From NCBI GenBank assembly GCA_964016885.1, contig OZ024746.1, forward strand, positions 33,418,001 to 33,482,000: a stretch of 64,000 bases of DNA, written 5' to 3'. Within the stretch, counting starts at the first letter, position 1, and each line of letters opens with the position of its first letter. The notes beneath the pieces were generated by a model. That model did no database searches, was not told the origin of the DNA, and saw nothing but the letters and a program-made list of their open reading frames with translations. Made by a program: the position numbers and the translations under genes. This document shows, in pieces, positions 13,725-26,429 of this stretch. Origin of the DNA: Eledone cirrhosa. Its lineage: Eukaryota.

Positions 13725-14229
13725 TATTTTTTTCTAGAATTTTCTGCCTTTATTAACGTATTTAATCTTAGAGATAGTTATAGCACTTTGAAGCCAAAAG
13801 TTTAATTACTCCGTAGTTCATTTCTCTTGGCTAAGATTGTTTGTGCAAGAAATATGCGAAATGCGTATATGTCAGACCTCCTCTGACAGAAGTTCAGACA
13901 TGCTTTTCCATCTAACTTTGGGATTCAATTGCGACCAACACTATATTGATGAAATACGACATGCGGCGGATATTAACACATGATGTGTTGATGCTTATCT
14001 TTGAAATATAGTCTGTTACATAATAAGACCAGTATATTTATATATGTGCACATTTAATACTGTTGGGAAAATGATGGGCATATAATATATCCCAAATTTA
14101 TGATGTCATCGTATATAGTCCAACTGCCGTCTAATATTTTCTTTATTAAAGGTGGGTAGAAGCGGCGAGATTAACGAGTTTGACCGGGCCAAATCTGACT
14201 TTGCGTTTTTGAGCCGGAAAAAAGAAGCT

Positions 14230-14945
14230 GGTTAATGAATGGGAACCTTAAGAGCAACCCTTAAATCGAAGTGGATGAATTCCCATATTGACAGGCAGGA
14301 CTCTAGTAAGCTCTATAGAATCTGTGTAAGCACCTAGACCAGGCTCACTATGAATGATGGAGTTATGGTATCATACGAAAATGTATTCCCTGGTATTTAT
14401 GCAAACTGAACAAATTACGTATTCTGAGAAATTGTGTGAGCATAGGCCAGAGTCAGTGATAGAAAGCAATCGGTTGAAGGTGCTGTGGGATATCAGGATA
14501 CACATTGACAAAGAATTAGGACACAATAGGGCTGACCTGGTGGTTTTTGACACAGAAAAACAATCTTGCTTGGTTTATAGATGCAGTTTGCCACGTTGAC
14601 TTAAGAGTGCACGAAAAGGAGAAAATTAATCGGTACAAGGATCTAAAGGGGGAAATGAAAAGGATTTGTGACTCTTATGAGATCAGGATCATCCTCGCCA
14701 TTATCGGAGCATCAGGTACTATATTGAAGAGCTTCCACGGCTGTTTAAAGAACATAAACCCACCCTCCGTTTTTAGATCACTCCAGAATCTGTGCCTACT
14801 GGGAACAGTAAGGATCCTCCGATATGTCCTGAATATCAGAGGCTGCAGTTAGCGGCTTAATGTTAATGACGGCAAATCTTTCGGTTAAAAAACATTAATG
14901 TTCGAGATATCAAAGTAATAATAAGAACAATAATGATGATGATGA
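14230..14945 (+). mobile_element. R4/Dong-type RLE non-LTR retrotransposon, degraded 3' fragment
   Basis: EHRPESVIESNRLKVLWDIRIHIDKELGHNRADLVV...EKEKINRYKDL...IIGASG...LLGTVRILRYVLN; frameshifted; TAA-rich tail. Confidence 0.85.
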
Positions 14946-16282
14946 TTTTTTTACGTTGCCCTAATCTTAGTTGGATTTAGCGACTGTACCGAGATGAAAG
15001 CTATGTTGAGTAGGTGTTAGGGTTTGAAATCGATGGAGTATTGCATGTTTTGAAATGCCTACATTATTCCTCTAATCTAACACCCTAGTAATTGTATTAA
15101 TTTCATTAGTAATACACATAGCAGATTTATCAAGTCAACATTATGATTTAAAACATTTGAAGGGCGTATAATTCAGGACTTCTGAAAATGTCTGCTAAAT
15201 AAATTCAGGAGCATAAATATCAATGCATCGGTGAGTGTAAATGCTTTTGAATTAAGAATAATAGTTTAAGACATTCAAAAAAAGATGGAGGAAAATCACT
15301 GCCGTATAGCCTAACTTTTACAACTGGACCACAATAAAACAGCAGCACGGAGATGAATAAATAATTGTTTCTACTTTAGGCATAAGGCCAGATACGGAGA
15401 TGAATAAATAATAAACTGTTTTCATTTGTGAGGTTTGCCTGTAAATCTACGTAAAAGAGAAACATTATCATTGTTTTAAGTAATACTTTTTAAAAGTATC
15501 ATATTTTTCTAAAAGGATTAAGAAGAGATAATAACTTCTCATATGTTCTGAAGTCTAGAAGTTTTGGTAGACGTGTTAGTTGATTATATCTACAGCAATA
15601 CATGTCTGGTAATTTAAAGACAATGAAAGAATAAAAGAAAAAAAAATGAACACGGTAGCATTTGAAAACAGTACGTTCTCAACTGAAACAAAATCTACTA
15701 AAGCCAAATAAGTAAATTAGTGAAGTTATATGAACAATGACAATGGTAATAAGAATCATGGCACAGTCATCATCACAGTCATGATACCAAACACAGAATC
15801 GTAACTATAATCATTATAAAGAAGGAAATTACCACAATCATGTGAAACAGCAAATATCAGTAGAACCAGCAGCAGTACATGAGAGCCATATTGAGTCAGG
15901 TTTAATTAGTTACTCTCTGCTTCAGGATATTGTTGTTGCACTTCTCACGTTATATATTTTTCTTTTAGCTTATATTTTGTTCCGATTACATGTCTTGCAA
16001 GGCGTGAAATCTGATTTCTGAGTCGAGTTGGTGATAATGGTCAATATCACGCATCCTGTAAGTCACCCACTTATATATATATGTGTGTGTGTGTGTGTGA
16101 GCGTGTGCGTGTGCGTGTGTGTGCGTCTGTGTGTGTGTGTGTGTGCGTTTGTGAGTGTAAAGGTAGTAGTAGTGGATGGGAATACACATATACATAGATA
16201 CGTACGTACAAACTTGTATAACATTAGCACCAGTCCATACAGGGACGGTAAAGCTACCAGTGATAAATGTATAAAAAGTATT

Positions 16283-16834
16283 TGTAGTGACCTACATTCC
16301 GCGGGCTCACATACATTCTCTGTGCGTGATTTGGCTCAGTTCAGCCAATCAGCGCCAGTAGAAGAGGATGTATCCCTACGCGCCCTGAGGAAGAAATTCC
16401 CCGCGAAGATTTGAAGAATCTCTAGCTTGTACCAGAAACTTCGAGCCAGCAACACGCATAATGTAACAGTGAGATATTGCACCACTAGCCTCGCCGGCTT
16501 AACGGCGCAATGGCACATTCCATTTTGTAACCTCTTTGTATCTGTAACTTCAACCATATAAATAAACATACATTCCATCTCTAATTACTGCTGTTGGGGT
16601 CGTTGTTATGTTACTCGTGTCTCAATAACATCTTTAATCCATGCTGCTGGAATTGGCGACCTGACGAAAGGAATATTGTAAATAGATGGTAAATAGATCG
16701 AGGGACCTTCCCTCACGTCTATGTCAACAAGATAATCCAACGAGGATACTATCACTTACCACACTGGCAACTAACGACCACTGATTCTACCACGCCGCTA
16801 AAGTGACGATAACATCAACAACTCCACTGCTAAA
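16283..16834 (+). repeat. 5' LTR
   Basis: tgtagtgacc...ctgctaaa; about 6 differences from the 3' LTR counted by eye. Confidence 0.92.
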
Positions 16835-16835
16835 G

Positions 16836-16848
16836 TGGTGACCGACGT
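16836..16848 (+). promoter_or_regulatory. Primer-binding site, tRNA-Trp-like
   Basis: tggtgaccgacgt directly after the 5' LTR; matches TGGTGACCCCGACGT with 2 C missing. Confidence 0.7.
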
Positions 16849-18414
16849 AAGAATATCACGCAGCCCTTCTTATTCATTCAGTTTAACTTTTATTGCCACG
16901 TCGCAACTTGCGAAAATCCTTTTAAGATTTTTGAAAAATTAGCAGTATTTCAAAAACTTTTTCGCCATGAAAAAATTTCAAGATGGCTACCGACATGTCA
17001 TGGCTACGCTTGACAACAACAATGACAGCAGCAGCGACAGCGTTGTTTAACCACTGACCAATACAGGGAACAGTGAGTGGCAGCTTCATAACCTTACCGA
17101 CGCCAACCACCACACATCGGAAATTTCAAAACGGCTTGTAACTTTACCGACGCAACCACCATACCTTCTGTCTCGTTACCACAGGGACGCGAGAAATTGA
17201 GACAGTAGTTTTCTCACCATTATGGCGTCAGACGTGACTGCCATATTTGGTGACTCCTACTCTACAGAAGATTCTTTGACTTTGCTTTAACAATAAGCAA
17301 CACTACCGTGTGGTGGGACGGTAAGATGGTCACGAAATCTCACAAAAACACCATACATCTAACCCCTAACGGCATTAACAAACTTCTTTTTCAGTTTTCA
17401 GATAGAACTAGTGTCTGTACACTGGTGATGTGTGAACTATTTGACTTTGAAAAACTTTGAACTTATTGAGCAATTTCTCTGCTCCCCTAGATTGACTTTG
17501 AATTATCAGTTTGTTACATTCACATATTTCTTTGTAGAATGCATTTACTTGTTTTGTGCTCTTTTGCTATTTGCTTGCTCATGGTTTTTGTTCATTCACA
17601 TTCTTTGCTGTTTTACATGCCTGCATATGCACACATTTTTTTTATCACACAGCAACATGTTGTTCTTGGTATATGTTCTTCAAACGTAATATTCTGCGAG
17701 TCCCTTTTCACCTGGTTGAGATGCTGTCACATGCTAGCAGCTCACAGAGCTTAATCCACTGGATTCAAACAGGCACCGCAACATGAGAATTCTAATTGCA
17801 GCTGAACTCAAACAGCTTCGCATCTCGTTGCACACTGATCGTCCATGACGGCCATCCGTATTGTTGTTTTTGCCCGACTCGCTGGGAAAGCAACAAATTG
17901 AACTGGACTTGTCAACATTTAGGCCACGTCTGTGGATTCGCCCGAATTATGGAATTTACACTGCAAAGCACCTACAGATTAAACTTGCCTTTTGTTCTTT
18001 ACAAAGCAACCAGCCATTTTTTCCTGGCTCCACAGCACATTCGACAATACATCTGGGGGGCCATCATTTTCTCGCCAGCACTGGTAAACTACCATAATAG
18101 CTTCGGTCACAGCTACTGGTACAACGCTTACCATTAACATTTAATGCAAGAACGGCAACTTCGCCCATGTCAGACTTTATCCGTTTTTTGTTAGACCTTT
18201 GGCGGTCACGTATAAACAACAAAACAACTGGTCATTTGACACAGCGGCTCAACACGGCCCGTAGCGCCTCATTTTTTGTTCTTGCATGCAACCTTCTGCT
18301 CAATTATTTTTTCACTGATGTGCTCTTTCAGCATTTGTTCTTGCTGATTTAATAATATGTGGGTCCTTGATTTCTTCGTTATTGATTTTCGGCTGAAAAT
18401 CTGGTTGGAGGTGA

Positions 18415-18966
18415 TGTAGTGACCTACATTCCGAGGGCTCACATACATTCTCTGTGCGTGATTTGGCTCAGTTCAGCCAATCAGCGCCAGTAGAAGAAGA
18501 TGTATCCCTACGCGCCCTGAGGAAGAAATTCCCCGCGAAGATTTGAAGAATCTCTAGCTTGTACCAGAAACTTCGAGCCAGCAACACGCATAATGTAACA
18601 GTGAGCTATTGCACCACTAGCCTCGCCGGCTTAACGGCGCAATGGCACATTCCATTTTGTAACCTCTTTGTATCTGTAACTTCAACCATATAAATAAACA
18701 TACATTCCATCTCTAATTACTGCTGTTGGGGTCGTTGTTATGTTACTCGTGTCTCAATAACATCTTTAATCCATGCTGCTGGAATTGGCGACCTGACGAA
18801 AGGAATATTGTAAATAAATGGTAAATAGATCGAGGGACCTTCCCTCACGTCTATGTCAACAAGATAATCCAACGAGGATACTATCACTTACCACACTGGC
18901 AACTAACGACCACTGATTCTACCACCCCGCTAAAGTGACGATAACATCAACAACTCAACTGCTAAA
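18415..18966 (+). repeat. 3' LTR
   Basis: tgtagtgacc...ctgctaaa followed by TSD tatt. Confidence 0.92.
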
Positions 18967-20000
18967 TATTCATCTTGAAGGGATAATATAGTTAAACAGT
19001 TAGACATTGAAAGTAGAATATATAGGTTTTAAACCTGACAATAAGGCGATATCGTTGGACACACTAATCACCACACCTTAATCAGATATAGGGAAAATCA
19101 GTAAAAAAAGAAATGATATTAGAAAAAAATTATGCCCAAACTTAGAAACCTTGATTAATTATAAGGCAAAACACTGAGGGGTTGATCAGGTAGTTTAACA
19201 AATACACTAAATATATAATTAGATATCTTGGATTAAAATTTCAGTGTTAACCCCCAACTTCTTAATACAGTTTTAAATTGTGACATGAGAAATACAGAAT
19301 TAAAAAAAAAAAAAGTATGTTGAAAGTGTACTAACAGCGAGGAAAATGATTATACTATTTCATAAATACTGGACGAGAAATTGAGAAGGAGTGTTTGTGT
19401 TCAAACCCTTCATCTCAAATTTATCCTTGAATATCATAAGAACTGTGAAACCGATAAAGTATATAAATATTCTTAAAAGATTCCAATTGCATTTTCAATT
19501 TCTTTTCCTTATAATGTTACCTGTATGAGACAATTATAGAAACCTTACTTTCTTCGCATTGAAGACCAGATACCTCAGGTTAGCGCGAACAATAACTAAA
19601 ATAAGTTATTTGGATAAAAAGAATTGGGTGGAGAAAAAGAGACAGGTTAACAAACACGAAGGGTGAGGCAACTTAAAGATAGGAAAAAATGAGAAAATCA
19701 GGTCAATGATTCATTTTAACATACGATTTTGTGAACATGAAGAGAAGACGAAAGACACATCTTAACCGTGCGAAAAGTAAGCAAGGAAAGAATTTCGCAC
19801 GCTGTGGGACGATGGAGGAAGTGAGAGAGAGGGTGAGTAGCAGAGAGTGAGTGAAAGTGTGAGGAAGAGGATAGCCGAGAGAGGGTGACTAGCAGAGGAG
19901 GTGAATGAAAGTAAAAGGGAGAAGGGGAGAGGAGGGAGAGAAAGAAAGAGGATAGCAGTAAGGGAAGAGAAAAAGACAGGTCACAACGAAGGGGAAAGCA

Positions 20001-20183
20001 GATAGGAATGAAAAAGGGCGTGCTGTGTTGTTGTAAATGTGATATACAAATTAAAAAGAAGAATTAGAAATAGAAGCCAGGACTATCCATCATCAGATGA
20101 CGATTAATCCTGGCCTCTATTTCTAATTCTTCCTTTTAATTTGTATATCACATTTGCAACAGCATGCCATTTTTCATTCCTAT
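20001..20183. repeat. Small foldback (arms ~20002-20082 and ~20108-20183) ending at (TA)n
   Basis: ataggaatgaaaaa...tagaaatagaagccagga pairs with tcctggcctctatttcta...tttttcattcctat. Confidence 0.8.
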
Positions 20184-20360
20184 ATATATATATATAAATA
20201 TAATTAGTAAATTTGTATTCCAATGTTACTAAGTAGTTGCATTGGATGGAGTCAACCGACGTCGGAGATTGCTCAACGTATAATAAAGTGTGTTTTAAAA
20301 TCCGGAGAAAATATGGAGAAGAAGTTTATGAAACGGAAATGCGGGTATAAAGAATTTATT

Positions 20361-20477
20361 AGGTAACAATTGTTTCTATAGTGTATGGGTTACCTATACC
20401 TCGCTATTTGAATAATATAAAGATATTATCATAAACCGAAGGTACACTGCAAACAAACACACCATGTCGTCAGACCT
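20361..20477 (-). ncRNA. Hammerhead ribozyme with extended helix II (Naiad pLTR, left arm)
   Basis: Reverse complement of 22095-22211. Confidence 0.8.
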
Positions 20478-20887
20478 TTGTATTGGAATGATATGAAAAT
20501 ATTTTATACACTCGATAAAAGAGAAAGAAGGAGGTAGGAAGAGAAGGGGAAGAGGGAAGTGAGTAAGGGGGAGGGAGTCCAAGGATTTAAGACTGTCAGA
20601 CTAGTAGAGATTGTAAGGAGAGAATGTTTTGGCAGCAGTTAGCTTAATGAGGCGTGTTAGGGTTGGCGGGGGAAGTAAATTCTTCTAGTGGTGTTGTTTG
20701 GACAAAATTTAGTTAAAGGGGTCTAGGTGGTACAGAGTTACAGACAAGTTATTGGGGCTATTATAGTAGCAGGTTATTTCTAAAGGGGTCCAGAAAACAG
20801 TGTTTAGTACTATTATTTTAGAAAGCCATATCTTGTGTATAAACATATAAAACAGAAATTTGCAAACGGTGGTGTAAAAAGGTAACA

Positions 20888-21562
20888 TTACATGCATTTA
20901 AAAAAAGAAAAAGTCGTTTTCAAACGATGGTTACAGTACAGTGAACGTTCAATTTTGCTGTTCAAAAGTTTGTTTAGCGACGTTAAAATGTAGTATATCT
21001 CCATATAGCATAATTTACAGAATCGATGATTTTGCTGATATGCAGGCGCAGCTGGGATAATTTGCCAATCAAGGGAGAATGCTTGATTGTTCCTCCAGAG
21101 CTGCCAGGCTTCATCGGCGAGGGTTGTTACGGAGCGCATTTTCTCGTGCCTGATCGAAAATCGATGTTGGTATAGGCGAGCTTTGAAAGAAGTTGCGGTA
21201 CATCCGACGTAATACCATTTGTTGGTTCCGGAATTTATTGTACATCGGTAGACAATATTGCGTGCTAGGCACTGGTTATTCAGTGGGCACGTACCTGGTT
21301 TGGTGCAGTTACAATTATTTTTATGTTTTGCAGTAGTATCCTGGATAGTTTGGTGGGGTTGTAGTTGCGTGTTAGTGCGTTGTATGTTGCTATGCTGCTG
21401 CGCTGAGTCATTAGGGATGTACTTATTTAGTATTGCTGAGTTGAGTTTTTTAATTAGTTGTTCTATGTTAGGTGCAGTGGAGTATGAGAGTCTAATGGTG
21501 CGCTAGTTAAATATTTTATAGTATTTAGGTGAAGTTGTAAAGTGTTTATTGATTAGTGTATA
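20888..21562 (-). pseudogene. Penelope-like (Naiad) RT-thumb/linker + GIY-YIG endonuclease C-terminus
   Basis: Hand translation: KIFN*RTIRLSYSTAPN...CNCTKPGTCPLNNQCLARNIVYRC...YYVGCTATSFKARLYQHRFS...CKLCYMEIYYI...LLNSKIE...CNH; CxCx5C linker motif; one TAG at 21503-21505. Confidence 0.9.
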
Positions 21563-22094
21563 GAGATATGGAGATATACTGCATTTTAACGTCGGTAAAC
21601 AAACTTTTGAACAGCAAAATTGAACGTTCACTGTACTGTAACCATCGTTTGAAAACGACTTTTTCTTTTTTTAAATGCATGTAATGTTACCTTTTTACAC
21701 CACCGTTTGCAAATTTCTGTTTTATATGTTTATACACAAGATATGGCTTTCTATAATAATAGTACTAAACACTGTTTTCTGGACCCCTTTAGAAATAACC
21801 TGCTACTATAATAGCCCCAATAACTTGTCTGTAACTCTGTACCACCTAGACCCCTTTAACTAAATTTTGTCCAAACAACACCACTAGAAGAATTTACTTC
21901 CCCCGCCAACCCTAACACGCCTCATTAAGCTAACTGCTGCCAAAACATTCTCTCCTTACAATCTCTACTAGTCTGACAGTCTTAAATCCTTGGACTCCCT
22001 CCCCCTTACTCACTTCCCTCTTCCCCTTCTCTTCTTACCTCCTTCTTTCTCTTTTATCGAGTGCATAAAATATTTTCATATCATTCCAATACAA

Positions 22095-22211
22095 AGGTCT
22101 GACGACATGGTGTGTTTGTTTGCAGTGTACCTTCGGTTTATGATAATATCTTTATATTATTCAAATAGCGAGGTATAGGTAACCCATACACTATAGAAAC
22201 AATTGTTACCT
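22095..22211 (+). ncRNA. Hammerhead ribozyme with 90-nt helix II domain (Naiad pLTR, right arm)
   Basis: aggt-CTGACGA(22099-22105)-c atggtgtgt...atacactat a-GAAA(22196-22199)-caattg-T-T-acct; ACAATTGT palindrome. Confidence 0.8.
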
Positions 22212-22308
22212 AATAAATTCTTTATACCCGCATTTCCGTTTCATAAACTTCTTCTCTATATATAAATATATATATATATATAATATATATATATATACAT
22301 GCATTCTT

Positions 22309-22359
<51 letters not shown>

Positions 22360-22360
22360 T

Positions 22361-22474
<114 letters not shown>

Positions 22475-22536
22475 ACATATATCATATATATATATATATA
22501 TATATGTATGTATAAATATAAGAAAGTAAGGTTTTA

Positions 22537-22584
<48 letters not shown>

Positions 22585-22597
22585 TACACATATATAT

Positions 22598-23183
22598 ATA
22601 TTGTTTTACTTTGTTTGGGAGGGTCATGCTGCCTATAAAATCACACGCACCTGTTGATTTTCACTTGAACTTATTATAAATTTCCGTTTCCTTGTTTGGT
22701 TCGATAATCGGCTGGTTCTTTATATATTGTCAAAGCTCTTTCGACACATTATGTGACCTTCTGAGTGATTGGGTTTATATTTTGTGTCCCTCCTATTTTC
22801 TGTCCTACACCATCTTGTTTTTCTATAACACAAGTCACCTCCTCCGTGACTATGTTTTTATTCGTTGTCTCTCCTGGGTTATGTCCTACACCATCTTATT
22901 GTGTATAAAACAAGATGGTGTAGGACAGAACAAAGGAGAAACACAAAATAAAAACCCGCTCACTGAGGAGGTTACATGATGTGTAACGAAAGAGTTTTGC
23001 CAATATATATAGATCTATCCATTTATAGAGCTAACCAGGCAACTAAGCGGAAATTTAAAATAAATTGAAATGAAATAGGTGCGTGAGTTTTTATTGGCAG
23101 CATGACAATATCTTATACAACAATATCCGTTTCAACACACGTTTTCAGATAAGAAATCTTGCAAAACAAATTGAAGAATGAAG
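22598..23183. mobile_element. Family A foldback with diverged arms
   Basis: 22598-~22830 vs ~22900-23125 are inverted; HHR on plus at 22959-23000 and a decayed mirror at ~22729-22768. Confidence 0.75.
22959..23000 (+). ncRNA. Minimal hammerhead motif (family A)
   Basis: CTGAGGA(22963-22969)-g-gttaca/tgatg/tgtaac-GAAA-gagt-T-T-tg. Confidence 0.6.
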
Positions 23184-23253
<70 letters not shown>

Positions 23254-23397
23254 CATACACATTTACGTACGATAGAGACGCATATGCATTTATATAGATA
23301 CCTATATGTAGGTTCACACATAAACGCACTTGTACACTACACGCACACACATATAGATAGCCCCGCATTCAAATTTACTGGTCCTTAGGCATATCCT

Positions 23398-23534
<137 letters not shown>

Positions 23535-23545
23535 CTATCTATCTA

Positions 23546-23581
<36 letters not shown>

Positions 23582-23723
23582 TAACAGATTAAAGTTTAAG
23601 CAAAAAATCGCTGCTTTCACCCTTACCGGGATCTTCTGAAACTCTACGGTTCTTATATATCTGATATATATATTTATCCTTATCGAGCGTTCTTTGGATT
23701 TTAGTCTTCAAATTTATTATTAA

Positions 23724-23752
<29 letters not shown>

Positions 23753-23756
<4 letters not shown>

Positions 23757-24510
23757 TCTTTGTGTCTCAGTCATTGATGTTATTTAACTGGAAAGTTTGT
23801 TGAAATGAATATCAAGCCACTACCTGCAGCCTCAGATATTCAGGACGTATCGGAGGGTTCTTGCTGTTCCCAGCAAGCATGCCTTTTGAAGTGTTCCAAA
23901 AAGCGGGGCGGGACCAATTTTCTTTACCTATCCTTGGAAACTCTTTGAGATAGTACCTAGTGCGCCTATGACAATCGGGACCACTTTGACTTCATGGCAG
24001 TTCCAAATCCTTTTTACCTCACACTTTAAGTCCTTGTATCGGTTAATTTTCTCCCTCTCCTTTTCTTGCACTCTCGTGTCGAATGTCAGGCTACATACAC
24101 TATCAGGCACGATCTTTTTTCCTTGTCCAAAACCACCAGGTCAGGTCTATTGTGTTCCAATTTGTTGTCCTTCTGTATCCTAAAATCCCACAGCACCTTC
24201 ACCTGATCGTTTTCTATCACCGACTCTGGCTTATGCTCATACCACTTCTCAGAATGGTTGTTTACTTTGCATAGGTGCCTGTGGATCACCCTGCCCATCA
24301 CATCATGTCTCCAGCCTTTATAGTGAGTCTGGGCTAGGTGTTTATACTCGGATACAATGTGAGCCACAGTCTCCCCTCTCTCCCCACAGATCCTGCACAG
24401 TGGGCTAGCCTGTTCCTTGTAAATATGGTGTTTCACCCACTTCGATTTGAGGGCCTGCTCTTGCGCAGCCATTAGCATTCCTTCTGTAGCCTTTTTAAGG
24501 TTTCCTCTTT
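23753..24510 (-). mobile_element. R4/Dong-type RLE LINE 3' fragment inserted in (TAA)n
   Basis: AAQEQAL...CRICGERGETVAHIVS...RHD...EHKPESVIENDQVKVLWDFRIQKDNKLEHNRPDL...EKINRYKDL...VVPIVIGALG; (TTA)n on both sides. Confidence 0.9.
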
Positions 24511-24761
24511 TTATTATTATTGTTATTATTATTATTATTATTATTAGCGACCTACGTAGTAAATCGTATCATCATGATATCCGCAAATGTTTGTTATTTT
24601 CAGTTGTTTAAAATTGCCATTTATGGAAACATTTTATTGTTAACTGTATATAAGTGCACATACATTGATTTCTGAAAAGGAAACTCAAAAAGATTGGGAC
24701 CTTCAGCCCAACATTTAAACTTTTTATAATTATCAAACAAAAAAAATTTCTTTGAAAAAGC

Positions 24762-26410
24762 ATGGCCGATTCGGAGTCACACCTCACTCACAAACTAACA
24801 CCTCACACCGACACCACCATTGTAAGTATTACTACGTTTTCCAATACTAAAAATATAAGAAGTAGCAATATTTTAAATGAAATTAAGAAAATTAAGAAAA
24901 CTACCCTGTCTTTTGCGAGAGTAGCCAACACGTGCGAAGAGATCCAGGCAACTCAGGAGGAATTAGAAGAAGCCAAAAGAATGGTAAAGAAAGATGGGTA
25001 CAGGGCCAGCCTCACCCACCCCCACCTAATAAAATGGAGCATTGTCGCCTATGCACCCTGTCTTATCGGACAATTAACATAACATCGCGCCGAGTGGAAC
25101 GGGCATCCGAGTCGCAAATCCAAAAAGCTTTGGGACATGTGTGGGTAAAAATATGGAACCGTGGACGTGTTCTTTGAAACACCACAGGAGGCTAGAGAAC
25201 ACTCCATGGCCCCATTAAGAAGTGACGACTTCACACTCGTCCCAAGCTATTGTGGCCAGAGACTCGTAAAGATCAGGGTGACCCACGTTCCACCGGCCAT
25301 CGAAATTCCCTGGCTAATAGCTGCCGTCCTCGCCGACATCGAAGCCAACACCAAGATAATCGAAATAGCGAAAGAAAAGCAGGAGAACTGGTCCGGATCA
25401 GGGATGGAGCTTCTGATCCAAGCGGACCAAAAAAGCATTGAGGAGATCCTAGAGGTAATAGACCTCACTGACGGCAGCCACCTCACCGTAATCGTCGAGG
25501 GCAGAAGACCTAGGTGTGTCGTTTGAGGTGAAGGAACCCACCCAAGGGCTTTCTGCTTTCAGGTTAAAAGGTTGAGGCCACCTCTCTTACCCACCCCAGT
25601 GACTCAACCATCAACACCACCAACGGCAGAGATGGGAGCAACAACTGTAGCAGCAACAACAGAAACCACTGTAACAGCAACAACCCCAGCAACAGTAGCA
25701 AAACCAACACGACCACCACCCAACGCGCCAGAACAAGCACCAGCGCCTATACCATCCACGACGCCACAACCAAAAACCAACGTCTGTGGAGGATTTTCCA
25801 ATCCCCGGCCTATCACAATTGGAGAGAGATTGTGACGACGAGGAGTGGGAAATGGTATCAGGAAAAAAGAAAAAAAAGAAACTCTAAAAGAAAAAAATCT
25901 CTTCTTTCTCCGTCCAAAAACAAAATACAGAGGGAAACAAATAAACTATCAAACGAAAAAGTTAGGACAGATATGCCACCATCCATACCAGCATCACCAA
26001 CCCCATCACCACACACACCAACACCATCATTAACCCCAACACCACCATCACCAACACCACAAAAGTCACCCAAAAGCGAAACCGAAACAAACCCACAACA
26101 AACGCAAACAAAACAAAACAACCAAAACGATACACACTACACAGCATTAAATTTGAGCAACAACCAATTATTACACTACATCCAACACAACACCAGCATC
26201 ACCGAAAAAGACTGCACAACAATCCAAAATTCACACAACATCCACACATAGAAATCAGTCGCATCACACAGAAAACGTACACGACACAAAACAAAATTCC
26301 CCAAAGACATCGGAGACTTCGGACAAGCACTCTCCAGGAGGATTTATAAGGACATCCTTCCGGAAGAGGCCACAAGCAGTGAAAAGGATGGACAAACCAT
26401 CCTTCCTCTA
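24762..26410 (+). pseudogene. LINE ORF1 (gag-like), frameshifted
   Basis: ATG at 24762; LTVIVEGRRPRCVV*GEGTHPRAFC is a CX2CX4HX4C knuckle with one Cys turned to stop; Pro/Thr-rich tail. Confidence 0.75.
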
Positions 26411-26429
26411 CGAGAAGTAAGGTAAGTGG

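Larger units (their letters stand above)
16283..18966 (+). mobile_element. Non-autonomous LTR retrotransposon (Ty3/Gypsy-like ends)
   Basis: Two 552-bp LTRs, 4-bp TSD TATT (16279-16282 and 18967-18970), PBS, purine-rich ggttggaggtga before the 3' LTR; the 1.58-kb interior has no recognisable pol. Confidence 0.9.
20200..22256. mobile_element. Naiad-type Penelope-like retroelement, 5'-truncated, head-to-head foldback in (TA)n
   Basis: Arms 20316-21006 and 21566-22256 are nearly identical; the minus copy encodes linker plus GIY-YIG endonuclease; HHR in both arms; (TA)n flanks. Confidence 0.9.

Noticed and set aside
20075-20105. CTGATGA on the minus strand in the loop of a small foldback
   Set aside because: GAAA is absent; at best a truncated core
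20888-21562. Selenocysteine-recoded Naiad
   Set aside because: The conserved cysteines are normal TGY codons, and the only internal stop is a TAG at a non-Cys position
23605-23645. Minus-strand CAGAAGA-tccc/gggt-GAAA
   Set aside because: Core mismatch and no helix I
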